Below are positions 1-12,349 of a stretch of 64,000 nucleotides of DNA, piece after piece. The stretch comes from Takakia lepidozioides (Eukaryota > Plantae > Bryophyta), in NCBI GenBank assembly GCA_030704615.1, contig CM060734.1, forward strand, positions 5,518,001-5,582,000, in the 5' to 3' direction. Numbering within the stretch: the stretch's first letter is position 1; each line of letters opens with the position of its first letter. A program made the translations under genes and the position numbers. The notes beneath the pieces were generated by a model. It made no database searches. It was not told the origin of the DNA and saw only the letters and a list, made by a program, of their open reading frames with translations.

Positions 1-829
1 TCTTTCCAGAAATAGGGGTGTTTGGAATTGCACAAGCTGCACCGACAACTGAAGAGCCTGATTTCCCTGGCTCACTGCCATGAAAACCATTGATGTTGAG
101 GAATTCGATCCTGGTATGCGATCCAGCAGTTTACTTGTGGTACTCAACCGTCTGTTCACCTTGTAATACGTTGGTTGAGGGAAAAGAGACAGAATAAAAG
201 TTAACGTCCACGCAAAGCTCAATGAGCTTGTGGGACAAAAGTGGACAGCCTCGCGTAGGTATCCCGGCACAAAGAAAGCGCAAGTGAAAGACCTCGAGAC
301 ACATTCGGCAAGCATTGAATAGTTGACTGGTCTTGTGCTGTATTTTAAGCTTACTGTCCTATTGCGTGTATATGTGGGGGTGTTTTGGTACTACGTATCA
401 AATATTTGTAGAGGTATAGATGTTTCTGTGACGTTTTGAGGTCGTTGCCCAGTTGTGAAGTGGTCTCTTGTTTTGACATTTGTCTATATGTCTCAACTTC
501 TGTTTGTAATTTTCTTCTTTAGTAGGAAGGACTGGGGGTTGCTGGCTGCTCCTGTTTCCAAGGTCTGTAGCAAAAGATAAACTGCAGTTTTTATCCCAAG
601 ACATACAGATCTGTTTCAGGTCTTGTATGTGAGTGTGATGCTGTTATTGCAGAGTTGTTGAGTTCGAACAATGAGAGGCAACCCTTAGAATGTCAAATTT
701 GTATGAGTTAAAAATGTCACATTGTTGACAATGTATACATCCCAGATTGTGAAGCAACATATTTCATTTCGTTACTTGTAGCTGACCTATGAAGTTGATT
801 TTGAACTCTGTTGACCTTGACTTGTGTAG

Positions 830-1162
830 GTGTGTCCTACGCAGTTGTGTCCCAAAGAAAATTCTAGTCTATGGTTCTGCCTTCAGCGCCGAGTGTGAAG
901 TGAGTTGGACTTCTTGGCACCCCTTTGCTTCCATGAAGGGTGGTGAGAAAAGGGTCTGTTTCAACCTAAATTTAAAGTGTCACGATGTGTAGTGCCTGTC
1001 AAGCATGCTCTCAATTGTAAGCTTGCGAAAACAGCTAGAGTGGAGTATTGACAGCTCGATTGCTCGGCTCTTTTTTGTTTGGTGATACCAGGACGCCAAG
1101 AATTTTGGATGGGACATCCTTGGTGAAATTAAGTACAACTGGAAGAGGCTTATTGCAAACAA
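830..1162 (+). pseudogene. Two-exon fragment of glutathione reductase (plant cytosolic GR type)
   Basis: Exon 830-899 (ag|...|gtgagt) reads CVLRSCVPKKILVYGSAFSAECE, matching the GR redox motif CVxRGCVPKKILVYG with G>S. Exon from 1092 (cag|) reads DAKNFGWDILGEIKYNWKRLIAN. No further GR exons recognised. Confidence 0.8.
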
Positions 1163-2770
1163 TTTTGTATCCCCTCTCCTGGAGGTTTTATTTTCTCGGT
1201 TCCATTTGTGAAAGAGATCACAACTTCTTGCTGACTTGTAATATAATAGTCTCCTCTATCAAATGTACTAGAGCTGGATGCTGTCAGTTGAAGAAGGGTT
1301 TTATCACAGCATCTTACCTTCGCACAGTGTGGTGATTGAGCCCTGGCACCTAGGCTCACAAAATATCAATTTTTACTTGGCATGCATACAGTGGTCAGAT
1401 GCACAAGCTTTTTCTTCAGCTTTAGACAGATAGCTCCCTGGGTCAGTGCACTAGGCCCACCACATGGTAGGTCTGGGTTCGGGTCCCTTCCTGGCCTATG
1501 TTGAAAGCTTTAATGGACAGTGTGCCCAGAAGGTGTTGGGGGCTACATGCTGCCAAATTGATTACCTAGGATCTGCCAAATGTCTAGGGGACCATCTTGT
1601 AACAATCAAGGAGGCAGTTATGATCAGTTGGCGTCTTTTGTCCTTGTTTCTTTTTTGTGGGTGTTCCTTGACAAGCGGAGCAGACTGAGCACAACTGGGA
1701 GATGGTGTCAAAGGCTAGTGCTAGCCCTGGACCTCTGCGGCTGCTGCAGCAATGCCCAGAAAGCGGTGCATCACTGATGATAGGCACGTTGATTGAAGGG
1801 TTACATGGTACCGATGGCGTCAATACCTCGGACCATTGCCAGGAGCATGTATGCTCCTTCTCATTCGATGAGGTGCCTGCTTACTTTCTGTGCATCTTTG
1901 CATGTGTGAATTGCTGACTCAAAGGTGAGCATGTTAATGTCCAACAAGCATCCAGGACTAAGCTGCTTTGCTTGCATGAATCTCTTCATTACAAGTAGAC
2001 AATTAGGGACTCCACTAGCATAACGTCCATTGACAACTCAAGTACGTGATTCGTCTTCCTTCTATGCACGTTTTCAGTTACAATGTGAATGATGCCTGAA
2101 AATCTGTTTGTATCCACGAGAGGGTTAAATACTGGTATTGTCTTTTACAAATATTTGTTGGACAGGCTCTTCTATTGATTGCAAGCCTCCATCTCAGTGA
2201 TCTGATCTGGAAATTGATGGAGCTTGGACAAGGCCCAACACCTCAGATAGTTCGTCAAGCTGTCCATTCCAATAGTGAATCAAGTTATGGTATGAATTGT
2301 CTTCTAAGGCTGTCATTATGCTCAACATAGAGAAGGCACATGTCTACAGTATTCTTGACCAGAAAGCTATCAATTTAATGCAGAATGTCGGCAAGACTCT
2401 ACTGCCTTAAATAGCCCAGTATTAATGGTTGTATGCCAACTGGTAATTGCACCCAATCACAATTGAGGGTACTGCCAGGTAGGGATGGGTAACTTCAGCC
2501 ATAAGCAACGTGTCATCAGCTGATATGCTTTTTTTTGTAGGATTACATGGCTGGGATGTGAGTATCCAGTTGCACACATTGAAACTATGCATTGATTTCT
2601 CCTAAATAGAAAGGAGGACCTGCTTGGACTGTTGTGCTGTGAGGAGAAGTCTCTCTCACTACTACTTGCACATCACTTGAGCAGTTATGCATCAATTTGA
2701 ACTTCTTGCCTGTGAACAACGTATAGCTTATCAGGGAAAGGAGCTGAGAAGAGAGATGTGGAGGTTGCAG

Positions 2771-3237
2771 GGAGATTGACTTTGTACAGGAGACAGTCCG
2801 GACACTTGCTGGGGATGGCACAAAGGGAAATGATTACAAAGGTGGCAAGAAAGGTGCATCACAGGTACTTAGTCTTTGCACAAATCTTTTGTTGATGTAG
2901 CCAGAGATCACTTGTTAACAGTAATGTGAAAATGTTGCAAAAAGCTTATCTAGAGCCTCTCTGCATGAGCTCATGGTGTCTAGAAGCAGCTGGATATACA
3001 ATACTTTCTGTACACTGGATCTTCAAGTTGAGGTCATCAGCAATTTTGAGAAGCTGGTTTCAAACTTGACTGTGTTGGAACTTGCTAAGCAGGTACTTAA
3101 TTCGCCATGGGATGTATGTCTGCACCCGAAAAATGACATTCTTTATATTGCAATGAGGGCAGCATCAGATTTGGCAACATGACATTTCTGAGGGTGTTAC
3201 AAAAGTCTTCAGTGATGGCTTGGCGCAATCTGAATGC
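2771..3237 (+). pseudogene. Two-exon fragment of a SOQ1/NHLRC2-like NHL-repeat protein, frameshifted
   Basis: Exon 2771-2864 reads EIDFVQETVRTLAGDGTKGNDYKGGKKGASQ|gt. Exon from 3093 reads VLNSPWDVCLHPKNDILYIAM, then after a frameshift GQHQIWQHDISEGVTKVFS. Confidence 0.75.
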
Positions 3238-3699
3238 CCGAAGGTTCTCTCCTCTTTTGCCACATATTCACAGCAAATGGATGAGGACTACATGGAGGAC
3301 CATGACCTCCAGTTCCATAGAGTCTGTGAGGCATTGCCTGTGACATGTGCAGAGTGGGACTGGCCGCAGAGAAAGTACCAGGCTGGAAAGGAGTGTAGCA
3401 TTTTGTGAAGAAGTATTGGCCCAAGAGACAAGGAAGTAGTCAGTCCCTTGGGCAGGTATGTCAAAGGTTCTTTATGAAGTCCAATATTGCTTTTCCATCT
3501 CAGTAGCTATTTTCAAGGAGGGGATTTTATGGAATGATGGGGTGGCAGGATGCACATGCTATAATTTTTTTTCTGAGATTTTGCATTGACATTTCTTTTC
3601 AAACTTGACATTAATTGCAACAGGAGTCCATGTATCAGCTTGGGACTTCCAGTTGAGACATGAGCTACATTGATTTCATACATTGATTTCATTGCACTT

Positions 3700-3866
3700 G
3701 AGCAGGTAGCCCAGTGGTTGGGTATTTGTGCCTTGCCTGTGCATAACCTAGGTGATCCTGGGTTCAATCCTTCAACATGTGCCTTCAGACCGTCCAATGG
3801 GCCTTTGGCCCGGATTGAGCAGTAGGCTCTGTAATTCCACGTTAAAGACTTTATCTTATCTTATCA
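3700..3866 (+). mobile_element. tRNA-derived SINE-like element
   Basis: Pol III A box TAGCCCAGTGG (3707-3717), B box GGTTCAATCC (3761-3770) and a (TTATC)3 tail near 3850-3865. Confidence 0.55.
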
Positions 3867-3926
3867 TACTTTTTAAGGTACATGGTGGGCTACGGCGCTG
3901 CGCGCTTCCGAAAACTAGATAATGGA

Positions 3927-4170
3927 ATTTGAGTAAAATTCATAGGCTTCGCATCAAATGTAAATCCAGCAAGGATATCAATGTTGTTGTGAGAGCTTGG
4001 GACCTTCAAAAAAGAAATGTGAAGTTGAGACATGAGTTACACTGATTTCATACTTTTTAAGGTGCAATTGGCCTTCGATTCTTTAATGGCCGATAGTTGA
4101 TTTGAGTAAAATTCATAGGCTTCAAATCAAATGTAAATCCAGCAAGGATATCAATGTTGTTGTGAGAGCT
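3927..4170. repeat. ~70-bp direct repeat (3927-3997 / 4100-4170)
   Basis: ATTTGAGTAAAATTCATAGGCTTC..ATCAAATGTAAATCCAGCAAGGATATCAATGTTGTTGTGAGAGCT occurs twice. Confidence 0.85.
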
Positions 4171-4520
4171 ACAAATGAGTGAATGGACTTGAATAGTGAT
4201 ATTTAAGCGCCATATTCGTGCTTGGAATGAGGTCAATCAAGCATGTACGGAGATGGTGTGAGTATGTTGCAAGCCATCACTTCCATGTGAAAAAATTACT
4301 TAAAATGATGTTGTAGTAATTTGCATTGTTAAGACATGAAATTCGTAGAGATGAAGTTTAAGCAAGATTTTGGCACGGAAGTAGTATCCCAACACTATGT
4401 ATTAAAATTGACACGTAATCCATGTCATAATAAAGCAAACGTAATTAGTGTCATTCTCATGTCATCAAAGTAACGTATATTACATAGATGATTTGTTTGA
4501 CAACATCTGTGCCACATTCG

Positions 4521-5770
4521 TTAGGTATTCGTGGCCTGGCAAATTTGAGATGGTGCCATCGATGGCATAGTTGGTTCTGTCTGAGCCGATGTGAAAGACT
4601 GTGGAAGCCTTATCTGACGACTTGATTCCCCCATTTGTGGATCGAAATCCACATCCGGTCCTCTTGGCTCAGGAGCACATGTTGCTGCTCGAGTGACAAC
4701 AGCAGCATCAGAGCCCAGTGCATGCAATGGCCTTGCAAGTGCGGCTCCACACACGAAGCCCATACCAATCTGGTCTGCCCTAGGCAATGCAACGACATGA
4801 TTAAGAGATTGTGCAAGTGGGGCTTGAACCTCCAGCCTTGAAGCTGGCACAACATGAGTAATGGCCATGGCAGCAAGCCGTTGCTCTAGCTGGGCAAGCC
4901 TATCCACCATGCCTTGGTCATGACATTGACCGGCTGACCATGGTTGGTTACGACCTCCACCACGATCTCTACCTCCCCTTGCTCTCTGAACCACATTGTC
5001 TTGTCCGCGACCACCGTTGTTTCCTTGGAACTGGCCTGGTCGTAGCTCAGGATGCAAGTCATAACAATGGGCCTTTTCATGCCCATACTTGCCACAATGC
5101 CCACACTGCAGCTGTGTAGGCTGTGCCTGTACCGACCCTTTGCTTCTTTCTGGGCAATCCTTCTTAACATGGTCTCCTCCACAATCCCAACATGTCACAC
5201 CCGACTGTTGTTGGCCTGAGAATGATGGAAGAGACCTCTGCATTTGAGATCCTCTCTGACCTTCCATGGGCTTCATCTAAGCCCATTTGTTGCCTTGAGT
5301 TCGTTGAGGGGTTGGTTGTTGTTGGTTAGGAGCCTCACTTTGTTGTGTCTCTTTGCAAAATCCCACCATAACCACCCGCTCCTCCACCATGTTGAGCTCT
5401 ATCCGCTTTGCCAGCAAAAACACATTTGCTACGTTCTAGAGTTGGGCCACTTCTAGGAGAGTTGCATCCCGCACCCTTCTCCTCAGCTCTTTATCCAATA
5501 TCCCATACTACCTGAGTTTCAGTGACCCCTTGAGTCACACTTATCAAACGTCTCATACGAGTGTAGGCCTCCTCAAACTCTCAGTAAGCTTGCGTTGGAG
5601 CTCTTGCAGCTCCGCAACTTATCTGTCATCACTCCCTGGTAGTTCCCCCTCAATTCCTCGAAGAACTCTACAACTGAGTTAAAAGTAGGCACAAGTGCCA
5701 GTATTGCGGCATGAGCATGGGTGGACGTCCTAGCTCATGTACCACTTGTCCTACTGCTGCTTATAGAAGC
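4521..5770 (-). mobile_element. Degenerate gag fragment of the same family as the DNMT-carrying Gypsy element
   Basis: CWDCGGDHVKKDC and CGHCGKYGHEKAHC Zn knuckles, plus LRPGQFQGNNGGRG and RLPQSFT; colinear with 24500-25700. Confidence 0.85.
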
Positions 5771-6575
5771 TGTCGGTGTTGCTGTCATTAGAAAAAAGAT
5801 GAGGCCAAAGAAAGGCTGTCCCAAGCCATTTGTGCCCTATAGCCCCTCAAGGCGGGCAGAAATATTTTGGTCGATTTCAACTGCCACGGTGGCAACACGG
5901 TAGCAACATGGGTGCCACGCGTGTTTTCGCGCGCCGGTTCTCTCCGGGGTTTTCGCGCGCCTCCCCGCTGGCCCGTTCTGGCGCGCTTCTTGCCCACAAT
6001 TCAGCTACTCTCAGCTTAGTTCCAGCTCCACGCTCAAGCTCCCGCTTTGCTGCCCAGACATGCCAGTGACTTGATGGTGCTTTCTTCGTAGGGTATGCTA
6101 CAGCCGTTTTGGATTTGTTGGTTGGAATGTGCAATTGTATCTGCGCCAGGTGAGAGAAATGAAGGCCAAGGCGCGCGGCATTGCCTACGAGAAAAAGAAG
6201 CGCAAGCGCCCATCTCCTGCGAATAGTGCTCATGTTCTCCCAGCTGCCACCCAATAATCTTTGTGACTGTCAAGGATCATAGGCAGTTGTATTTCTTGAC
6301 GGAAAAATCCAATGCTGACATGTGAGTCCGGGTATTGTCAAAGGAGCTACTCACATCCCCTTGCACCCGGCTGTTTTGGAAAAAAATCCAAGGCTGTTCT
6401 TTTGAATCAAGAATTTAGTTACATAAAAAATGCGGGTCTACCTTAGCATCGAGATGCTCCTTTGGTTGAAGGCCATTCTGCAGCACACTTCAGAAATCAT
6501 TCGACATCATCCCCATTAATGTGACTCATTGGGCGACTGCGCGCCGCCGATGAAGAGAATGGTGGGAAACCATAA

Positions 6576-6755
6576 TCAATCCATTTGGGGACAGGAAGGC
6601 AAGTGTACTTTGGTTTTGCCGAACTGGTCCAGATACCTCACAAACTCTAAAACATTGTTGCCATTGCACCTTGCAAGAGGTAGAGGGGGGCCATGGTTCC
6701 GCAAGTACTGCCCAAAGGTGTTCCAGTCTCGCCTCTTCTGTGCTTCATATTGGAG
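6576..6755 (-). pseudogene. ALOG (LSH/G1, DUF640) domain N-terminal fragment
   Basis: [49 protein letters not shown] is the ALOG signature; it stops at HLPSCPQMD*, so the C-terminal half is missing. Confidence 0.85.
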
Positions 6756-7425
6756 TACCCACATTTTACAGCGGAGCTCCTTCACAGGCCTGCTTTCCAC
6801 ATTGACGGAGTGAATCATTTGTAGACTTTGCTTGTAATATATATCCACAGCATAGGAGAGTTTCCCTCACAATTTTATCACTACCTAACGTTCCTTTTGA
6901 AGTAAGTTAAGGAAACATGGCTCCAGGTTCCAGCAGCGGACTCTCTACAACATACACATTTGGATCATGAATATTTGATGTGACTGATTACCTGTACTGT
7001 ACGTCTCTTCAAACTTGATCAGTTCAAAAATAGAATTCAGTCTATCAAGGAGTCATAATGCCCCTCTGAGCTGACGGTAGATCCAAAAATGAGAGAAGGT
7101 GAGGTGAAGCGATTTAGCACTAAGATGGCTGACTTATGGCACCAACCTGTTTAGAGCAGATATCCCTACCTAGCTGACCCTCTACATGGACATAGAGTTA
7201 CCAACAAGCTGAAAATCAATTACAGTGGCAGAATGACCAGAAAGAATGAACATTGCAGGGCGAGTCGGTACTTTTGCTCAACCTCCAAAGCTATTATTTC
7301 TATTCGCTGGATTACCAAGCTGGCAGAGGCATTGTTGGCCTACACTACACTACACTTGAGGCCCTTAGTTGGCCACAAGTCATAGTCATTTGGGAGGCAG
7401 CACATCGGCAGCAGTGTACTTCTTC

Positions 7426-8720
7426 TCATTCCTGATGTTTACCTGTCAACGAGAAACATGTAATTTTGTCAGAAGCTGTCACTGACATTTGCAAGCTGTG
7501 AATGGATTGCCATAATTTCAAGCTATTGATTTCACATACGTTTTTGGGCTTGATCCCATCTTCATCCACCAACATCGTGAGGTCCTCAGGAATGTCTGAA
7601 CCAAAAGCAATCATAATCTCATGTGCCCAATTGTCCAATCTCATGTGCCCAACCTCAATCTCTTGTTGTCTTGCTTCATATTCACAACATAAGCTGACCA
7701 ACCTGATCCATAGTCTCCCATTTGTTCTCGGATACCATGCGTTGCTGATTGAATTGAAATGTGGCGTATAAAGCAGATCGGCCAATGTGATATCTAAATC
7801 TCAGTGTTGAACGATCGACAACACATCTGATGACATCTGCTCCAATACTGATTTTTGTATCACATCCACTATCCATAAGTGATTCTAACAGCTTCTCACA
7901 TGGTGCTTTGAAAGTGAACATGGTATTGCTCTTAGAGATACTGCTGGCCACGGAAAATAAATCTACCATCACTCCGATTGGCATAAACCATTGTAAGTGG
8001 GTTGACTTACTTCCTGTTCTGGATTTCATAGAAGATAAGAAATCAGACCGCAATTTAAGTCTGAAAGACTCACTGGTCGTTATGTCCGGTAACGGCCCAG
8101 ATAGGTCACTAAAACCAGGAAGAGGGATTGGCTGCACTGTTCCAAACTCGGATCTACCATTGCATGGGGTATAAAATGCATTGTAGAAGTACACATGATC
8201 TTGCAGAAGCTCCTTGTGCGTCCAATTTCCACGGCAAGTCTCACTTACTTCGGCATGCACCACATACAGGACATCCATTATACTCTTCGGATCAATCCAA
8301 TCTTCGAAGGTGGAAAGGTCCAGGTCTGCAATAAAACCCCACAATCATCATATCGCTGTTCCATTGTGTACAATACAAGGTAATAGCAAATAATGTAAAC
8401 TTATGAGGATCTTAAACATCTTACAATTGAAAGCGCCTCTGCTGAAAGCTGCATCTGGAGGCAAATCGAGTTGGCGATGCGTGTAAGCATGTTGAACACA
8501 ATTTTTGGATACAACTGTCGATCCACCTTCGAAATGAAACTTCAGCACCTTCGCCTTGTACGCCCCCTCTGTAGTAGAAGTTCCGCCGTGCTTCAATGAA
8601 TCTTTAGCATGATCACCTCTTCTACCCGACATCAATGCTACCCAAGAATCAGAATTGCTTTGCTTCTGTCCCATACCCCGGGTCGTGGCATAATTGGTTA
8701 TATGTGATGATGCCTTGTTC
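7426..8720 (-). pseudogene. Spliced BAH-like domain gene remnant, 5' end replaced by a gag fragment
   Basis: A GT-AG intron at 8424-8326 joins ...YKAKVLKFHF...VQHAYTHRQL...AFN to YLDLSTFEDWIDPKSIMDVLYVVH, which resembles a BAH C-terminus. Frameshift near 7700. Confidence 0.45.
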
Positions 8721-8724
8721 CATA

Positions 8725-9410
8725 GGGCAGAACGTCGCCATATGTCCTTCTTGTTGGCAAATCTTGCATAGCTCGACAACCCTTGGTAAGGTCTTGCTAG
8801 CTGAAACCTGATCAGTCATTGGGCCCTCACCGTAGACCTCCTGTGTAGGATGCTTCAACGTGTCATGGTGCTTGTCCATTGAGTCCATGAATGTGATCTC
8901 CTTTCCATTATCTCCCCCAAATAGTTCCTGAGAGCTTTCCTTCAGCACACCCAAGCTCCTTCAGCCTAGATAGCATTCTCAAATGCTTCCTTCACATCTC
9001 GCATTGGCCGACCAATCATGGCCGTCACAATCTCCAGGCGCAGCCCCTTCACACATCTTCCTAATTTTTCAGAGCCTGAAATTTGACTTCTAACACACAA
9101 CCGGTTAACGTGGTTGAAATAGCTATGCACTCCCTCCCCAACATTCTGTTTGATGCTATTCAACACCATTTTGATTTCAGTGATCTCCTTCCTGCCATAC
9201 TTAGCCATGATGCACGTGTGGAACTCAACCCAGTTGGAGGGCCTTGGTTTCTGCATCATGTACATTTTGCATTGCCCTGTAGGTTGAGCCGAGCGACCTT
9301 GTACAGCTTATCAGCTGATCCGAGTCAGCCTTCACCTGTAACTTCTCAGTCCATGCATATATGTCCTCTCCACAACGGCCATGGAAAGGCAGATCGATTA
9401 TTCCAGGCAC
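8725..9410 (-). mobile_element. Degenerate LTR-retrotransposon gag
   Basis: FHGRCGEDIYAWTEK...WVEFHTCIMAKY...IKQNVGEGVHSYF capsid-like segments and a CKICQQEGHMATFC Zn knuckle; stops and frameshifts. Confidence 0.7.
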
Positions 9411-9709
9411 ACTGTCTCTGAGTCCCCTATCTTCCCCATTGCTACCACCTCTGCAGCAGCTTCAAGTTTAAAGGGAGACTCAATTGCATGAGATCGCCCT
9501 CTCCCACCTATAAGCACCATTCTTCCATCCTCGTCTCCCCGCTCATGTCGTTGTAGCTTCACGTCAGTGAGACACACATTGGCTTGTTGCTGGTCCACTG
9601 TATCTCTTTGGCAACATGATCTGAACTCTCCTGGTCTAAATGACCAACACTCATCTCCATCTCCATTACCAATCAGTTCAAGAAGAAACAAAGCCACAAG
9701 GAAGGCCTT

Positions 9710-9721
9710 GCTCTGATACCA
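9710..9721 (-). other. Primer-binding site (tRNA-iMet) of the 8.7-9.4 kb gag element; its LTR probably follows at higher coordinates
   Basis: Minus strand TGGTATCAGAGC about 300 bp upstream of the gag. Confidence 0.75.
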
Positions 9722-10906
9722 AAACGCGGGGCCACACAAATGCCCAGAGTTACTAACCTTTACCCTATTACAATCGTATCCCCACACCTGCTGCCCCGCA
9801 GCGGAAGAGAAGAGGAAACAGGTGCAGACCAGCTACTTAACAGCTTAAACTACCCTACTATAACAGAGATCAAACTGAGGTAGACACAAACCAAATTACC
9901 CTGGATAAAGAACTATTCCTCAGCTCTCATGATTAATTGGCATTCCTGCTATACAGACATGTACTTCTCTCTAAAGGTGACCGCTCAAAGCATGAATCGA
10001 GATCAACCCCGCCAGCCTATACGGGAGACCATGCAACCAGTTCCCACTAGTACAGACTTCCCAGCATTCACCCTCACCAAAGCAAAGGCAGCTGTTACAA
10101 ACCAGAAAGAACTCTTGAATCTACAACTTGAAGTGGCCATTGCAGGTTAGTTACCCAAAGCGAGACTAAGGTATCTCAGTGACATTCCATAGCCCTCATG
10201 CCCACAACAACAACTACTCACAGAGATACATAAAGGCAATTACTACGATCAGTGGAAAGCCCTATTGAAAGAGTAAACTTAAGATGGTCGCTGTGTTATA
10301 TTCCTGACAAACCCCTTTTGTCAACTAACTATACGCTGGAACACTCGTCCTCCAGGGATGCAAAAGCATGCACATGCAGGGGAATATCCATTGTAGGAAT
10401 CACCACAAATCAGACACTACATAAACACCATGAGGATTTCACAAATACTTAGTTGCATGCCGTGGAACTTGGCCCAACGCATACGTACACACCAGATGCC
10501 ACAAAATCTGGTTCTTGCCCCCACTTCCAAGTAAAATTGTATCAGTTTTCTATCACCAAAGTACAGCCTCCTCCCAACTAATCTGGCTATGCGCAATGGC
10601 TACCTTGAGCTCCAGTCATCTCCGGCACTTTCAATCTACCTACTCTCAATTGTGAAACTAAGCCAAAATTGGTTCCATTTGAGCAGCATGATGAGGCGAA
10701 GGCCATGGTAGCAAATAGAGATGTGGAAAAAAGAGGCAAGCTGCTGAGAGGAGAGAGGGAGAGGGGAGGTAGCGATGGCTGCTGAAGAGTGCTTCGCAGA
10801 CGCAGTAGTCATGGATAGGATAGCGGAAACGCCTATTTGAAGGGTTAATAAGACTGGGTAGGTAGAAACTGGCGGAACCCTACATGATTAGTCATGGCTA
10901 AAGACA

Positions 10907-11893
10907 GTGCTAAGGCACGGATGTGGGCACGGCAGGAGGGCGGAGCTCCGACGAGCTCTCTCACCGGCAGAATTAGAACAATATGAGACACATGTAGGAA
11001 TGAAATTGAGACTTTTTACTGATGAAGAGTATGATAAGTGGATGAAAGATATGTCAAATGTTGTTCCACAGAAAGGATGGAAATCAGACATGCCATATAT
11101 GAAATAAAAGATGGTTGGAATTCCTGGATGCATTATGATCAATCCTCCACATGACCCATATGAATTTAATGACGATGATGCTGCAATATATCCATCCTTC
11201 GATGACCTTGTTGTTGATGAACTACGACATGGTGTCATCCCAATTGCGGACCCTCTTCCCCCACTGGAGCACACTCTCAACAATGAAGTTGAGGTCAACT
11301 CTCCCCAACCACGAGTTCCACGGACTGCGAGAGATGTGCAGGTCGAATCGTCGGATGATGACAATCGGCCATTGTCATTCCTTCACCGACATCGTACCCC
11401 TGTGAACCGTGCTTCATCTCGCGCCGCTTCATCTCATGTTTCTCTTTCTCAAGCCGGTCCATCCCATGCTGGTCCATCTAGTCTCTCTCCCCCTCATGTA
11501 ATTCCTTCCATCGCTACTCCGATCCTGAGAGATGCTTCTTATGCTGCGGGACTTCTGCAAGTCGAACCATCGGATGACGACGACCGGCCATTGTCGTTTC
11601 ATCTGGCCCGACGACGTCCGCATGTGAACCGTGCTCCCTCGACCCTCGTTGGTCCATCTCATGCCCCTTCCTCTCATGTCGGCCCCTCTTATGTACGTGC
11701 GAGTAGCCTTCCTCATACGAGACCTGCTCCAAGGCCACCACAAAATCCGGGACAAGCCCAGAAACGGCAGAGAATTGTGCAACCTTTTGTTGGTGACCGA
11801 CCTGTGAACAGGCCTGATACCCTAAATGATATTCATGATAGGAATGGAAATCGACCAGAGAGACAACTGAACGTACTCCGAGGACGACTATAG
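10907..11893 (+). pseudogene. Unassigned Pro/Ser-rich ORF, probably a TE accessory gene, with one in-frame stop
   Basis: ORFs 10907-11107 and 11111-11893 are in frame across a TAA. Internal duplication QVESSDDDNRPLSF / QVEPSDDDDRPLSF. No family recognised. Confidence 0.3.
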
Positions 11894-12349
11894 GTCCAAC
11901 GGCCAGTTGTCTCTGGAAACGAAAGAACAGATGAAGATCATGATTCTAGCACTGATCATGGGAACGGGGGTGAAGTGAGTGGGGACGAAGACTTTGTACT
12001 AGGCGTGAGATCATACCATCGTCGTCGTGCCAGACGGAACTAAGTACAGCTATAACTTCTGTCACATGATGTGTGGTATGTTTCCATGGATATCCATGTT
12101 TTAGTTTGGGTACATGCATACGTGTACGGAAATAAAAATGGTGGAATATGTGTACCCAAGAAAGGGTTTGGTGGTTATGCGTGTGTTTGTGTTTCGACAT
12201 TACCTTTACGTTGTTGATTTCCTATTATGGTTTCGAAAGCCACAAAGACCAGGTGCAGCTCCCAACATTCATCTTCCCCTTCAAAAATCCATGGGGAGTC
12301 GATTCATGTGCTTTTCATCTGCCTCTCCAAACATACATACAGGTGCAGG

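Noticed and set aside
1428-1500. tRNA-like sequence
   Set aside because: Only a degenerate B box and no cloverleaf; at most a SINE relic.
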